UHGV virus genome: UHGV-0179013 | Direction: 5' to 3' (one strand) | Source of the DNA: a virus | Length of the DNA: 42,129 bases | Shown here: positions 26,093 through 34,175 of the stretch, piece by piece | Layout: each line of letters begins with the position of its first letter | Position numbering within the stretch: position 1 is the first letter of the stretch | The notes under the pieces: generated by a model | What the model was told of the DNA's origin: nothing | Databases searched by the model: none | The model's input: the letters and a program-made list of their open reading frames with translations, nothing else | Program-made: the position numbers and the translations under genes

Positions 26093-26127
26093 CAATGAAT
26101 AACATGCTAATAAGCAAGGATAAGGCG

Positions 26128-27213
26128 ATGGCGAGTGTAGACTTTAGCTTTGAAGGACTTCTAATAGAGAGAATTATCGCACACAGAGTTTTTCCTAAAA
26201 GTGCTGATAAAACCTTAACTCCCCCAAAAACCAGCAAATTTTTAATGGCATTCAAACAAGATGCATTAGATGCTTTTCAGGTGAGGATTACTGAGGCCTT
26301 AGCAAGTAAATCTCATGGAATTGAAATGTCTATTGGTGGTGTTGGTGATGATTGTTTTTTGAATCTGTCGGCTTCAACGTTTTCTAATGATACAGAGCAC
26401 TTCATCAAGGTTACAGAACGACTTGCAAGTAAACTTAGCGAGGCACAATACAACAGTTCTGCCCCTGGTGGGATATTGGCTGTATTGTCAGGGCGCGTAG
26501 GAAATGACTCACTTCCATTCCTTGCGGTAATAAAAGCTGAAACCCAAAATGGTTTTAGAACTATTGAAAATGATGAGCAGGTGACAATGGAGTTTATTGC
26601 TGAGCTTCTTTTAACTCCAGCGCAACGTTTTTATAAGATTGGTTTTATAGTCCAAACTATTGCTTTACCTCCTGATAGTGATGGTAATTATAGCAGCTCA
26701 TCTTATCGTGCATTTTTGTTTGACCATTTAATGACATCGACAGAAACAAAAAACGCCGCCGGATATTTCTACTCTCGATTTTTAGATATGGATATAAGCA
26801 AATCATCAAAAAAACTTACTCAAGATTTTTTTGAGAATACTAGGGACTTCATTAATACCGCACAAATAGAGGAAAGTAATAAACTTGCGCTGCATGAGGC
26901 TTTAAGAAGTGAAATGCGCTCAAGAAAGACCACATTAAGCACTGCGGATTTCGCAGAAACCAACCTCCCAGAAGAAATGCAGGGGGAGTATTTGGATTTT
27001 ATGAAGAACAAAAGCTTCCCTGCTGCCGCAGTAACTAAAGACAATGGTTATATTGAATCCAAATTAAAAATAAGAAGCAAGCTCGTATTCTCCAATGATG
27101 TATGGGTTTCCGTACCGCCAGATCAATTAAAAAATCTTGTGGAAATTATCCCGTCGGATGATAATGAATCAACGATTTTGAAAATAAAAGGGCGACTTAA
27201 AAGTCAACAATAA
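26128..27213 (+). CDS. Cassette gene A: 361-aa protein with YejK/NdpA (NA37 nucleoid-associated protein)-like features
   Basis: ATG at 26128 behind AAGGATAAGG RBS (ORF-track start 26095 lacks an RBS). Segments SAPGGILAVLSGRVGNDSLPFLAVIKAE and C-terminal ESTILKIKGR parallel E. coli YejK ([40 protein letters not shown]). Very AT-rich; stop overlaps gene B start (TAATG). Confidence 0.45.
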   Translation: MASVDFSFEGLLIERIIAHRVFPKSADKTLTPPKTSKFLMAFKQDALDAFQVRITEALASKSHGIEMSIGGVGDDCFLNLSASTFSNDTEHFIKVTERLASKLSEAQYNSSAPGGILAVLSGRVGNDSLPFLAVIKAETQNGFRTIENDEQVTMEFIAELLLTPAQRFYKIGFIVQTIALPPDSDGNYSSSSYRAFLFDHLMTSTETKNAAGYFYSRFLDMDISKSSKKLTQDFFENTRDFINTAQIEESNKLALHEALRSEMRSRKTTLSTADFAETNLPEEMQGEYLDFMKNKSFPAAAVTKDNGYIESKLKIRSKLVFSNDVWVSVPPDQLKNLVEIIPSDDNESTILKIKGRLKSQQ

Positions 27214-28205
27214 TGGATATCAATGAGTTCCGTGAGTTTTTACAGGCAAACCAGGATGCTTACGCAGCTTGGGGGCAGTTTGTGTCTGAAGAAATTTACA
27301 GTACTCTTTGTAGCTCTCTAGGGGATGACAAAGCCAAGCTCTTTCTAAAGATCCACTCAGAACCAAGACTAAAAAGTATAGCCTCGGCATTAGGAAAGGT
27401 CAGCCGTAAAGGATATGACAATCCAGTAGTGCAAATGACTGATTTGATTGGTGTACGCTTTGTAGTTCTACTCTCTGTTGAAATCAGAGCTATCAGTGAA
27501 ATAATTGAAAACTGTGATAAATGGGATGCGACTGTTTCTAAAGACTATTTATCAGAGATTGATGTTAACCCCAAAATTTTTGACTATCAATCGCGGCATT
27601 ATGAGGTAAGGCCTAAAGCTCAATTCGATTACTGTGGACAAAGCATAACGCCTGAAATGTGCTGCGAAGTTCAAGTTAGAACATTGCTTCAGCATGCCTA
27701 TGCTGAATTAGTCCATGATAGCGTCTACAAGCCTTCCGGTGATGTACCAAAATCTGCTGAAAGGCAAATAGCGCGTAGCATGGCCTTAATGGAAACAACG
27801 GATGATCTTTTTTGCAAAACAATGGAAATCTTGGCTGACAATAGCAAAGAGAGAAATGAGCTTTTAGAATTTCTTTCAGGATATTACGCAGAAAAAATAG
27901 GGAGGCAGTATATTGATGAAGATTTGCATGTTAACTTCTCCGTCATTGACACCTTTAAAGACCACATTGACGACAACTTACCAAATAAAATACACACACT
28001 TCTCAGTGAGAAAAAATACATCTCTGCACGGATAATTAATAGAGTTGAATACAATCCTCTATTCACTCAACCATGTATATTATTTGTGTACTGGTTAGCA
28101 AGCCAGATAGACTCAGGGGAAATGCTTTCAACATGGCCCCTGCCGGGCAATATTAGTGGGCTGGAGATGGTGCTAAGTGATTTAGGGAAAAGTATTTCTC
28201 GTTAG
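27213..28205 (+). CDS. Cassette gene B: RelA/SpoT-type nucleotide pyrophosphokinase (synthetase-fold) domain protein with about 150-aa C-terminal extension of unknown function; candidate toxSAS-like effector
   Basis: Synthetase motifs in order: RLKSIASALGKVSRK, DLIGVRFVV, DYQSRHYEV, EVQVRTLLQHAYAELVHDSVYK; compare RelQ RVKSPESIIEKLERK, DIAGLRVV, GYRSYHLVV, EIQIRTLAMNFWATIEHSLNYK. Translationally coupled to gene A. Confidence 0.7.
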   Translation: MDINEFREFLQANQDAYAAWGQFVSEEIYSTLCSSLGDDKAKLFLKIHSEPRLKSIASALGKVSRKGYDNPVVQMTDLIGVRFVVLLSVEIRAISEIIENCDKWDATVSKDYLSEIDVNPKIFDYQSRHYEVRPKAQFDYCGQSITPEMCCEVQVRTLLQHAYAELVHDSVYKPSGDVPKSAERQIARSMALMETTDDLFCKTMEILADNSKERNELLEFLSGYYAEKIGRQYIDEDLHVNFSVIDTFKDHIDDNLPNKIHTLLSEKKYISARIINRVEYNPLFTQPCILFVYWLASQIDSGEMLSTWPLPGNISGLEMVLSDLGKSISR

Positions 28206-28229
28206 AAAGCCAATCTTCCAACTGGCTTT
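28206..28229. terminator. Hairpin (AAAGCCA-N10-TGGCTTT) between convergent cassette gene B and Q gene; probable bidirectional terminator
   Basis: Perfect 7-bp inverted repeat in the 39-bp gap between two convergent stop codons. Confidence 0.4.
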
Positions 28230-28244
28230 CCTGAAGTTTAATAT

Positions 28245-28673
28245 TTAAAAGTCTAACATGGCAATGCATCCATCTACGAACCCCATTGCCGTCTGTAGTT
28301 CCTTTCTTATAGTCCCATCAGAGCACTTTCGCTTTTTAGCAATGGATCTCAACGAGATACCGATAACGAAGTGGGCAACAATCAATTCATATTCATCAGG
28401 CTTATATTTACGTAAGCGAGCCACACATCCATCAATCATGATTCCCTCATCGTCATCACACTGAAGTCGTGATTTCTTACCATGAGGTAAAAGTCCCTTG
28501 AATCCAGCTGCAATGGGTTGCCAGTCGACACCACTACTATCGGCTGCCGCCCATGCTCCCCATAAATCCATCACTTCATACATATCACGCATTGCAATTT
28601 CTCTTTCGTCTTCTCTGCTTAAAGGGTTAGCTCCCTGAGGGCTGAAATGTTTGAGTGATGCTTCCAGTTTCAT
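28245..28673 (-). CDS. Q-like late-gene antitermination protein
   Basis: About 142 aa from ATG at 28673; C-terminal region LIVAHFVIGISLRSIAKKRKCSDGTIRKELQTAMGFVDGCIAM resembles the region-4-like HTH of phage 82/21-type Q proteins; last gene of the early operon after replication genes. Confidence 0.55.
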   Translation of the reverse strand: MKLEASLKHFSPQGANPLSREDEREIAMRDMYEVMDLWGAWAAADSSGVDWQPIAAGFKGLLPHGKKSRLQCDDDEGIMIDGCVARLRKYKPDEYELIVAHFVIGISLRSIAKKRKCSDGTIRKELQTAMGFVDGCIAMLDF

Positions 28674-29005
28674 TGGATAGTGCCTCCCTTCTCGGCAGTG
28701 CCAAACCAGCCAGGATGCGCCCACTGAATATCGGTAACTTTATGGCCTTTCCCCCATAGCGATATCGAACGCATTGCAACGTAGTGCATAAATATTTTTT
28801 CCCGCTCAAGCCATTCATCCTCAGGCTTATCTTCAAGAAACTCATCGATTGCATCAGCAATAAGGCCAAAGCATTCGGGATAGTCGCTATGACTGATATC
28901 TATGTCTCGTACAGCATCCTGGAGTTCCATGAAGCGCTTTTGGGTGAATAAATAAGACATTTCGTGAATTAGACGATCCATTATTGGTTCCTTAAGCTTT
29001 TGCAT
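28670..29005 (-). CDS. Hypothetical phage protein (nin-region position)
   Basis: About 111 aa from ATG at 29005 (longer ORF-track start would overlap the DnaB-like gene). Confidence 0.35.
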   Translation of the reverse strand: MQKLKEPIMDRLIHEMSYLFTQKRFMELQDAVRDIDISHSDYPECFGLIADAIDEFLEDKPEDEWLEREKIFMHYVAMRSISLWGKGHKVTDIQWAHPGWFGTAEKGGTIQ

Positions 29006-30350
29006 ACCGACGCGGTTGTGATTTTTGCTGCGGGGCTGATTTTGATTTCGCTTCTTCCTGGTCAATCGGCAAAAAATGCCCATTGTAGAAACGGCGGTAT
29101 ACGGTCCCAAGAACGCCGTTACGCTGTTTGGTGATGTTAATTTCCGCGATCCCTTTTGCCGGTGATTCGGGGTTATACACTTCATCGCGATAGAGCATCA
29201 TGATGATGTCAGCATCTGCCTCAATTTCGCCGGAGTTCTTCAGGTCTGAGTTCATAGGACGTTTGTTAGGTCGGGATTCCACGCCTCTCGAAAGCTGGCT
29301 CAGCGCCAAGACGGGAGTGCGGTTTGTTTTGGCGAGGCGCTTTAATCCCTTCGACAACTCACCCACCGCGAGGTCATAGCGTGCCGTACTCTGGATCTTA
29401 ATGAGTAACAGATAATCGATAACTACCAGCGCGGTTTCAGGATGAGCAATCTGATGACTGGTTGCCGTTTGCTGGATCTGTTCAAGCGTCAGATCTGTGG
29501 CATCAACCATCCAGATATTGCGCCCGGTAAGATGCCCGATACCTGTAGATAATCTTGCCCAGTCTTCATCTTCAAACTTCGCGGCCTCTTTGAGCCTGGA
29601 CACTGACATGCCACCAGCAGCAGATACCATTCGCTCGCCAATCTGGATGTTGGCCATCTCCATGCTGAAAAACAGTACGCCATGCCCCTGCTCTGATACT
29701 TTATCGATAATGTCCAGGGCAAACTCGGTTTTCCCCATCGACGGACGGGCGGCGATGAAGACCAGATCTGTCGGTTCAATGCCACCGGTTTTTGCGTCCA
29801 ATTCTTCAATACCGGTCATCAGAGGTTTGGCCTCTTCCAGCCCCTGATTTCTTGCGTCTACCCGGTCAATTACCGCAGGTAAAATTTCATCAATATGCAC
29901 AGGTTGAACGGTATCAGGAGTGAGAGAAATTGCAGCCATAGCCCCCTGTGCGGCCTTCAACGCTTCGACTGCGTTATCACCATTGGCAGCATTGCGAATG
30001 CCAGCCAGCGCTGTCTCGATTACAGCCTCAGCGTCACGAACGGCAGCGTTACGTTCCAGCGTGGAGACGTAATACGTCAGCGCTGATTTAGCCCAGGCGA
30101 TACGGCTTGATTCGAGTATCGTTGCGCTGTGTTCTGGCATGGACTCACAAAGCAACAGTGGATCTATCACTCCGGTTCCTCGAGCCTGACGACAAATGCC
30201 AGAATAAATTTCACGGTACTGACGGACGGAGAATACGCTCGCCGGCATACGGGAAAGAATGCCCAGAACCTCAGGATCGGTATTGCGCAGAAAAATTGCG
30301 CCAATTACCGCACCTTCCAGATCATTATTTTTCCATACCGGAGTCATCAT
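28992..30350 (-). CDS. Replicative DNA helicase, DnaB family
   Basis: 452 aa; Walker A FIAARPSMGKTEF and Walker B-like LVVIDYLLLI; N-terminal DnaB-type domain. Confidence 0.85.
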   Translation of the reverse strand: MMTPVWKNNDLEGAVIGAIFLRNTDPEVLGILSRMPASVFSVRQYREIYSGICRQARGTGVIDPLLLCESMPEHSATILESSRIAWAKSALTYYVSTLERNAAVRDAEAVIETALAGIRNAANGDNAVEALKAAQGAMAAISLTPDTVQPVHIDEILPAVIDRVDARNQGLEEAKPLMTGIEELDAKTGGIEPTDLVFIAARPSMGKTEFALDIIDKVSEQGHGVLFFSMEMANIQIGERMVSAAGGMSVSRLKEAAKFEDEDWARLSTGIGHLTGRNIWMVDATDLTLEQIQQTATSHQIAHPETALVVIDYLLLIKIQSTARYDLAVGELSKGLKRLAKTNRTPVLALSQLSRGVESRPNKRPMNSDLKNSGEIEADADIIMMLYRDEVYNPESPAKGIAEINITKQRNGVLGTVYRRFYNGHFLPIDQEEAKSKSAPQQKSQPRRYAKA

Positions 30351-31228
30351 GCGGTTATCCCTGCAGCAATTGCGCGATAGCTTTCCCAGCCAAACGCCAG
30401 ACGGTTTCGCCCACCATCGGTAACCCTGTCCACAATGCGCTCACCGATGGACTCCTTCAATTGCTCAAAGGTCAGGTTACTTATCAGGATTGTCGGAAGT
30501 ACGCTCTCATAGCGGGCGTTGATAATTTCCTGCAGGATGGTCATTTCCGTCGGACTACCGAATTGCACGCCCACCTCGTCGATAATCAGCAGATCCAGTG
30601 ATGCGAAACGCTCGATAACGTCTTCCTCGGTACTGTCAGCACCATGGCGCCACGTGTTTTTTACGGCACGGGTCAGGCGCATAACATCGGTGATTTGCAC
30701 ACTGGCCAGATACTCACGAACAATGCTCTTTGCCATCGATACCGCCAGATGGTTCTTTCCTGTCCCGCAGTTCCCGGTCATCACCAGCCCCGTTCCTGCG
30801 TTAAGACGCTCCGACCAGCTGTTGACGTAGCGCTGGCAGGCTGCAAGGTTTTTTGCGGCACCCTGATTAACCGCCTGATAATTACTAAACTCACAGCCCT
30901 CAAATCGGCGGGCGATCCCGACGTTGTCCAGCAGGTCAGATACCTGCAACGCACGCAGCCCGGAATCGACTGCTGCCAGCTCATCGCGCACGCACCCCGG
31001 GCACAGGGAATGTTTAACATTTTCGGTACCACGAAACGCTTTACCAGTGAGCGACATGCGCTCATAGTCGCCATGTTTTTCGCACACTACGGTGTGGACT
31101 TCGCCTGACTCCCAACTTCCCCACTGCCACGGTTTTTTATGTTCTACAGCGAACGCCAGTTCTTCGCGAAGTCCTTCGCGTTTCGCCAGCAGAGAATCCC
31201 TTTCTTCGCGTTGTTTGATGTTCAGCAT
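30347..31228 (-). CDS. DnaC-like helicase loader (AAA+ ATPase)
   Basis: ATG at 31228 with AAGGGGA RBS (ORF-track start 31246 is GTG); Walker A GNCGTGKNHLAVSMA, Walker B LLIIDEVG. Confidence 0.8.
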   Translation of the reverse strand: MLNIKQREERDSLLAKREGLREELAFAVEHKKPWQWGSWESGEVHTVVCEKHGDYERMSLTGKAFRGTENVKHSLCPGCVRDELAAVDSGLRALQVSDLLDNVGIARRFEGCEFSNYQAVNQGAAKNLAACQRYVNSWSERLNAGTGLVMTGNCGTGKNHLAVSMAKSIVREYLASVQITDVMRLTRAVKNTWRHGADSTEEDVIERFASLDLLIIDEVGVQFGSPTEMTILQEIINARYESVLPTILISNLTFEQLKESIGERIVDRVTDGGRNRLAFGWESYRAIAAGITA

Positions 31229-31242
31229 TGTGTTTCCCCTTG

Positions 31243-32229
31243 TCACCAGTTGCAGTCTGTTTGTCCGTAATCCTGTTCACTGAAGCCAGATACCGGAAGC
31301 GCACTGCGACGCCCACCTCCGGGAGCGGATGGAGTTTGCCAGGCTTCTTCGAAATGCCGATCAGGTCCAAAGAACGTTGCCGCCTGTTTGACGTATTCAG
31401 TACCAAGCTTGCCCGTCGCACGGATGTAGGCCGCGTAGCGCTGCACACCCGCCAGCAGCTCTGATGCCGTAGCGCCGTCGGCGATGCGAGCCTTCCAGTG
31501 TTTGTAGGCCGTTGCCTTCGGGTTGCCACCAGCGCGTTTTGGGTATGCCTGCCACGCTGTTTCAAATTCAGGTGAATAATCCTGCTTTGCAGAACGAGCT
31601 GGTGCAGGAGCGTCAGCGGATGCGCCATTAGTGTTTTTAATCTTTGTAGTAATCTCTGTTGTATTCTCTGTATACGTCTCACTTTTCAACGTAGGGTCAC
31701 TTACGTCAGGACGTGACAGGGGTTCCACTTCAACGGAGGGGGTATTCCGTTTCAACGTAATAGCTGTTCCAGTTTTGTTATCTTGTGGCGCTTCTTTGAT
31801 GGTGTTAGTGATGTGCGCGATAGCCCCAGGATTAACGCCAATAAACAGAACATTACTCATTACTGAACCTGCGGTGGTGTTAACCGTACGAAGCTCAAGC
31901 GTAATAAGTCCGGCATCACGCAGACGTTTAAGGGCATCGGTTGCTTCGCGTTTGGAGAAGCCAAACTGGTCAGCAAACGCCTGATAGTTACGCTGCAGCT
32001 TGTCGCCGTGGAAACGCTTGCGATAGCCCGTCAACTCCCCGGTAGTCTCATTGCGCACTTCCGCGGGGCGATACCAGTACACAATCTCGGCAAGCAGAGT
32101 TATCGCGGTCTGATCCGGGCGCCCGCTTGGCAGGGTTATATGCCGCCACCAGTTAGCGGGGGTGACGTTACCTGTAAAGCTTATCCGGCCGATAGCCGTT
32201 ACAGCGTCGGTTGGTGCGTGGGTTGTCAT
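31243..32229 (-). CDS. Phage replication initiation / replisome organiser protein (lambda O position)
   Basis: ATG at 32229 overlapping upstream stop (ATGA); N-terminal HTH-like region and C-terminal domain FETAWQAYPKR ... typical of phage replisome organisers. Confidence 0.6.
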   Translation of the reverse strand: MTTHAPTDAVTAIGRISFTGNVTPANWWRHITLPSGRPDQTAITLLAEIVYWYRPAEVRNETTGELTGYRKRFHGDKLQRNYQAFADQFGFSKREATDALKRLRDAGLITLELRTVNTTAGSVMSNVLFIGVNPGAIAHITNTIKEAPQDNKTGTAITLKRNTPSVEVEPLSRPDVSDPTLKSETYTENTTEITTKIKNTNGASADAPAPARSAKQDYSPEFETAWQAYPKRAGGNPKATAYKHWKARIADGATASELLAGVQRYAAYIRATGKLGTEYVKQAATFFGPDRHFEEAWQTPSAPGGGRRSALPVSGFSEQDYGQTDCNW

Positions 32230-32534
32230 TGCCCCCCCTCCCACTGCCATGACGGCATCAAAACAAAGCCCATAGGATCGCTGACCTTTGCACACCTAAC
32301 ATCACCTGGCTGCACAATCTCCATCCCGATGTATCCGGCACAAAGTAAGAGCTCAAGAGCAATGAAAAGCTCATCAACGGAGCAACAGCAGAATTCTGCG
32401 AATTCCGATACACTGAGATAACGAAAACCTGAACAATCGCAGCTACCGGACATCCAGATGCGGCACATAATCAGGCGATGAAGGGCGCTTTCAAAAGGAT
32501 GTTTATTGATAAAATCAGGGATAGACTTACTCAT
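32226..32534 (-). CDS. Hypothetical Cys-rich small protein
   Basis: 102 aa, stop/start overlapped on both sides; multiple Cys (CDCSGF, CCCS); function unknown. Confidence 0.35.
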   Translation of the reverse strand: MSKSIPDFINKHPFESALHRLIMCRIWMSGSCDCSGFRYLSVSEFAEFCCCSVDELFIALELLLCAGYIGMEIVQPGDVRCAKVSDPMGFVLMPSWQWEGGQ

Positions 32535-33379
32535 GCGGCACCTGCCAACTCTTTGTCGTGGGTAAATTCACCTTTCCAGCGCTTCTTCATCGGAAGATGC
32601 CCCTTGAGATAGTGTCGGTAAATCCATACCGCGCCTTTGCGCAGAAGGATCGGTTTGAATGTGTCACGCATCTCGCCGTCGTCCTGTTCTACTTGACCAG
32701 AACGCTCACTGAGGTAGAGATCGCGTGCATAGTGATGAACCCGCCAGCGCGGATATTTAGCCTTTGGCTGGTCGTCGTAGAGCCAGTTATGTTCGAACAA
32801 AAACGCATTAACCTGCTGGACGTTGACGCCGTTCAGCTGCTTACAGAACTGGCAAGGAGACATACCCGGCTGAAAGAGGTTTTCCAGGTGCTCGATGTAC
32901 TTTGCCTGTCGCTCGACGTATCCAAGCGCACGCCGGGCAGCTTCACGTTCGTCAGCCCATGCACGCGCAGCAGCCACCTCATCTGAGAAATCAGGCAGAT
33001 CTGAGTTAACCGCCACCAGCTTACCTGTGCGAAAGTCGAGGAAGGTCTGATTCACCTGCAAGCGGAATACTGGTGAGATCCACCCGGCATACTCAATGGC
33101 CAGCAGTTCGTGAGCGAAAGTGCCGCCATTCCTGCCTTCGTCTGAAACTATGCAAATCTGCACAGTTTCTTTTTCCAGCTCAGCGATTAGCGATTTAGCA
33201 GTTTGAGTGCGCAACCACTGGGCAGGGGCTTTGTTAGCACCAAGCCCACTCGCCTTGTGCAAAGCATTCAGGTTAAAACGCCCCTCAGCATCGGTAGTGA
33301 TTTCCACACCTGCAATAACAGGTAGGCTTTCAGCACCATTACTTGAATTATTCAGATGTTTATTGATATTATTTTTCAC
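32531..33379 (-). CDS. KilA-N domain protein with C-terminal ANT-like antirepressor domain
   Basis: 282 aa; N-terminal VIAGVEITTDAEGRFNLNALHKASG pattern of KilA-N domains; C-terminal region typical of phage antirepressor C-domains. Confidence 0.6.
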   Translation of the reverse strand: MKNNINKHLNNSSNGAESLPVIAGVEITTDAEGRFNLNALHKASGLGANKAPAQWLRTQTAKSLIAELEKETVQICIVSDEGRNGGTFAHELLAIEYAGWISPVFRLQVNQTFLDFRTGKLVAVNSDLPDFSDEVAAARAWADEREAARRALGYVERQAKYIEHLENLFQPGMSPCQFCKQLNGVNVQQVNAFLFEHNWLYDDQPKAKYPRWRVHHYARDLYLSERSGQVEQDDGEMRDTFKPILLRKGAVWIYRHYLKGHLPMKKRWKGEFTHDKELAGAA

Positions 33380-33690
33380 GAATTTACCTCGCCAGGTAGA
33401 TTTATGCAGGTATGAACAGTAGTGAAGTTAGAAAAGGCCGGTGAGGGAACCCATTCTCTTTCCGGCCTTTTTCTTGCCGTCTCTCCGATCTGCTGTTGTC
33501 GTCTGACCTTTAGCCCACTGGCGCGCGTAGTGAAGACAATCGTCATACGCCCTGCCTTTACGGGTTGCCTGCGACATCCGGCGGTAGTGGTCAACGCCGA
33601 TCTGCCCCCCCCCTGACACACCTGCTCAGAAAATCCCTCGGACGCCAGCTGCGCGGCAATATTCTTGCGAATAAAATCTACCGGATTCAT
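33376..33690 (-). CDS. Small early protein in cII position, reading frame ambiguous across a G9 homopolymer
   Basis: ATG at 33690 behind GGAGG RBS; the N-terminal 29 codons run into G9 (33605-33613), where a second frame (ORF 33428-33619) opens; as-is frame ends at an ATGA overlap with the KilA-N gene. Confidence 0.4.
   Translation of the reverse strand: MNPVDFIRKNIAAQLASEGFSEQVCQGGGRSALTTTAGCRRQPVKAGRMTIVFTTRASGLKVRRQQQIGETARKRPEREWVPSPAFSNFTTVHTCINLPGEVNS
33434..33475 (+). terminator. Plus-strand intrinsic terminator antisense to the early operon (oop-like antisense RNA 3' end)
   Basis: Roughly 15-bp interrupted stem (AAGGCCGG ... CCGGCCTT with inner GAGGGAA/TTCTCTT pairing) followed by TTTTTCTT on the plus strand; no plus-strand gene ends here. 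Confidence 0.45.
33605..33613. repeat. Homopolymer tract (C9 on plus strand, G9 in the coding strand) at a reading-frame junction
   Basis: Nine consecutive C at 33605-33613; a +1 nt change would fuse the ATG-initiated N-terminus to the alternative downstream frame. Confidence 0.9.
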
Positions 33691-33694
33691 ACTG

Positions 33695-34174
33695 TTATCC
33701 CCTCCAGAACATCAAATGAGACAGGATATGGAAAACCCGATCGCTAAACTTGCGCTTAACTACTGGTACAAAGTGCTTATTGCTGGCGGATTCTTTGTCT
33801 TCTTGGTGAATGGAACCGGGATCCTCACTGCATACCCGACAGCAGGTACTGGACTCATTTCCCTTGGTTGCGCTTTGTGGGGAGTCGGCGAATGGATTAA
33901 CCACCCCTACCAGGAGGTATTGATCCCCGGAGTTTTTGGCCGACCATCCGGGAAGCTGTCCGGTTACCCCAGAAAAGTCAGCTTGGCCGGTATTGCCTTC
34001 GATGTTATCGGTGGCGCCCTTATCGTCTTTGGAATTGTTAAATTGTTCCAATGACCACCCAATTAGACTTACACCCCCAGTAGCTGGATCGATAACTACA
34101 GACCCAGGAAACTTACGCTCAAGATCAACCAGCATCATCCTTAGCGCCTCAAGGTCAGAATATCGCTGTGGCAT
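33695..34174 (-). CDS. Hypothetical early protein immediately downstream of cro (159 aa)
   Basis: ATG at 34174 behind GAGGTG RBS, 2 nt after the Cro-like stop; low-complexity Gly/Ser/Asp-rich middle; fully overlapped by a membrane-like antisense ORF. Confidence 0.4.
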   Translation of the reverse strand: MPQRYSDLEALRMMLVDLERKFPGSVVIDPATGGVSLIGWSLEQFNNSKDDKGATDNIEGNTGQADFSGVTGQLPGWSAKNSGDQYLLVGVVNPFADSPQSATKGNESSTCCRVCSEDPGSIHQEDKESASNKHFVPVVKRKFSDRVFHILSHLMFWRG

Positions 34175-34175
34175 G

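Noticed and set aside
30107-31108. Plus-strand ORFs (164, 154, 103 aa)
   Set aside because: Antisense to the DnaB-like and DnaC-like genes, which carry Walker motifs and operon coupling.
31137-31682. Minus-strand 181-aa Arg-rich ORF
   Set aside because: Alternative frame overlapping the DnaC-like and replication-initiator genes; extreme Arg/Gln/Thr bias.
33428-33619. 63-aa ORF as an independent gene
   Set aside because: It has only a GTG start embedded in the G9 tract and no RBS; it is better explained as the alternative downstream frame of the ATG-initiated gene at 33690.
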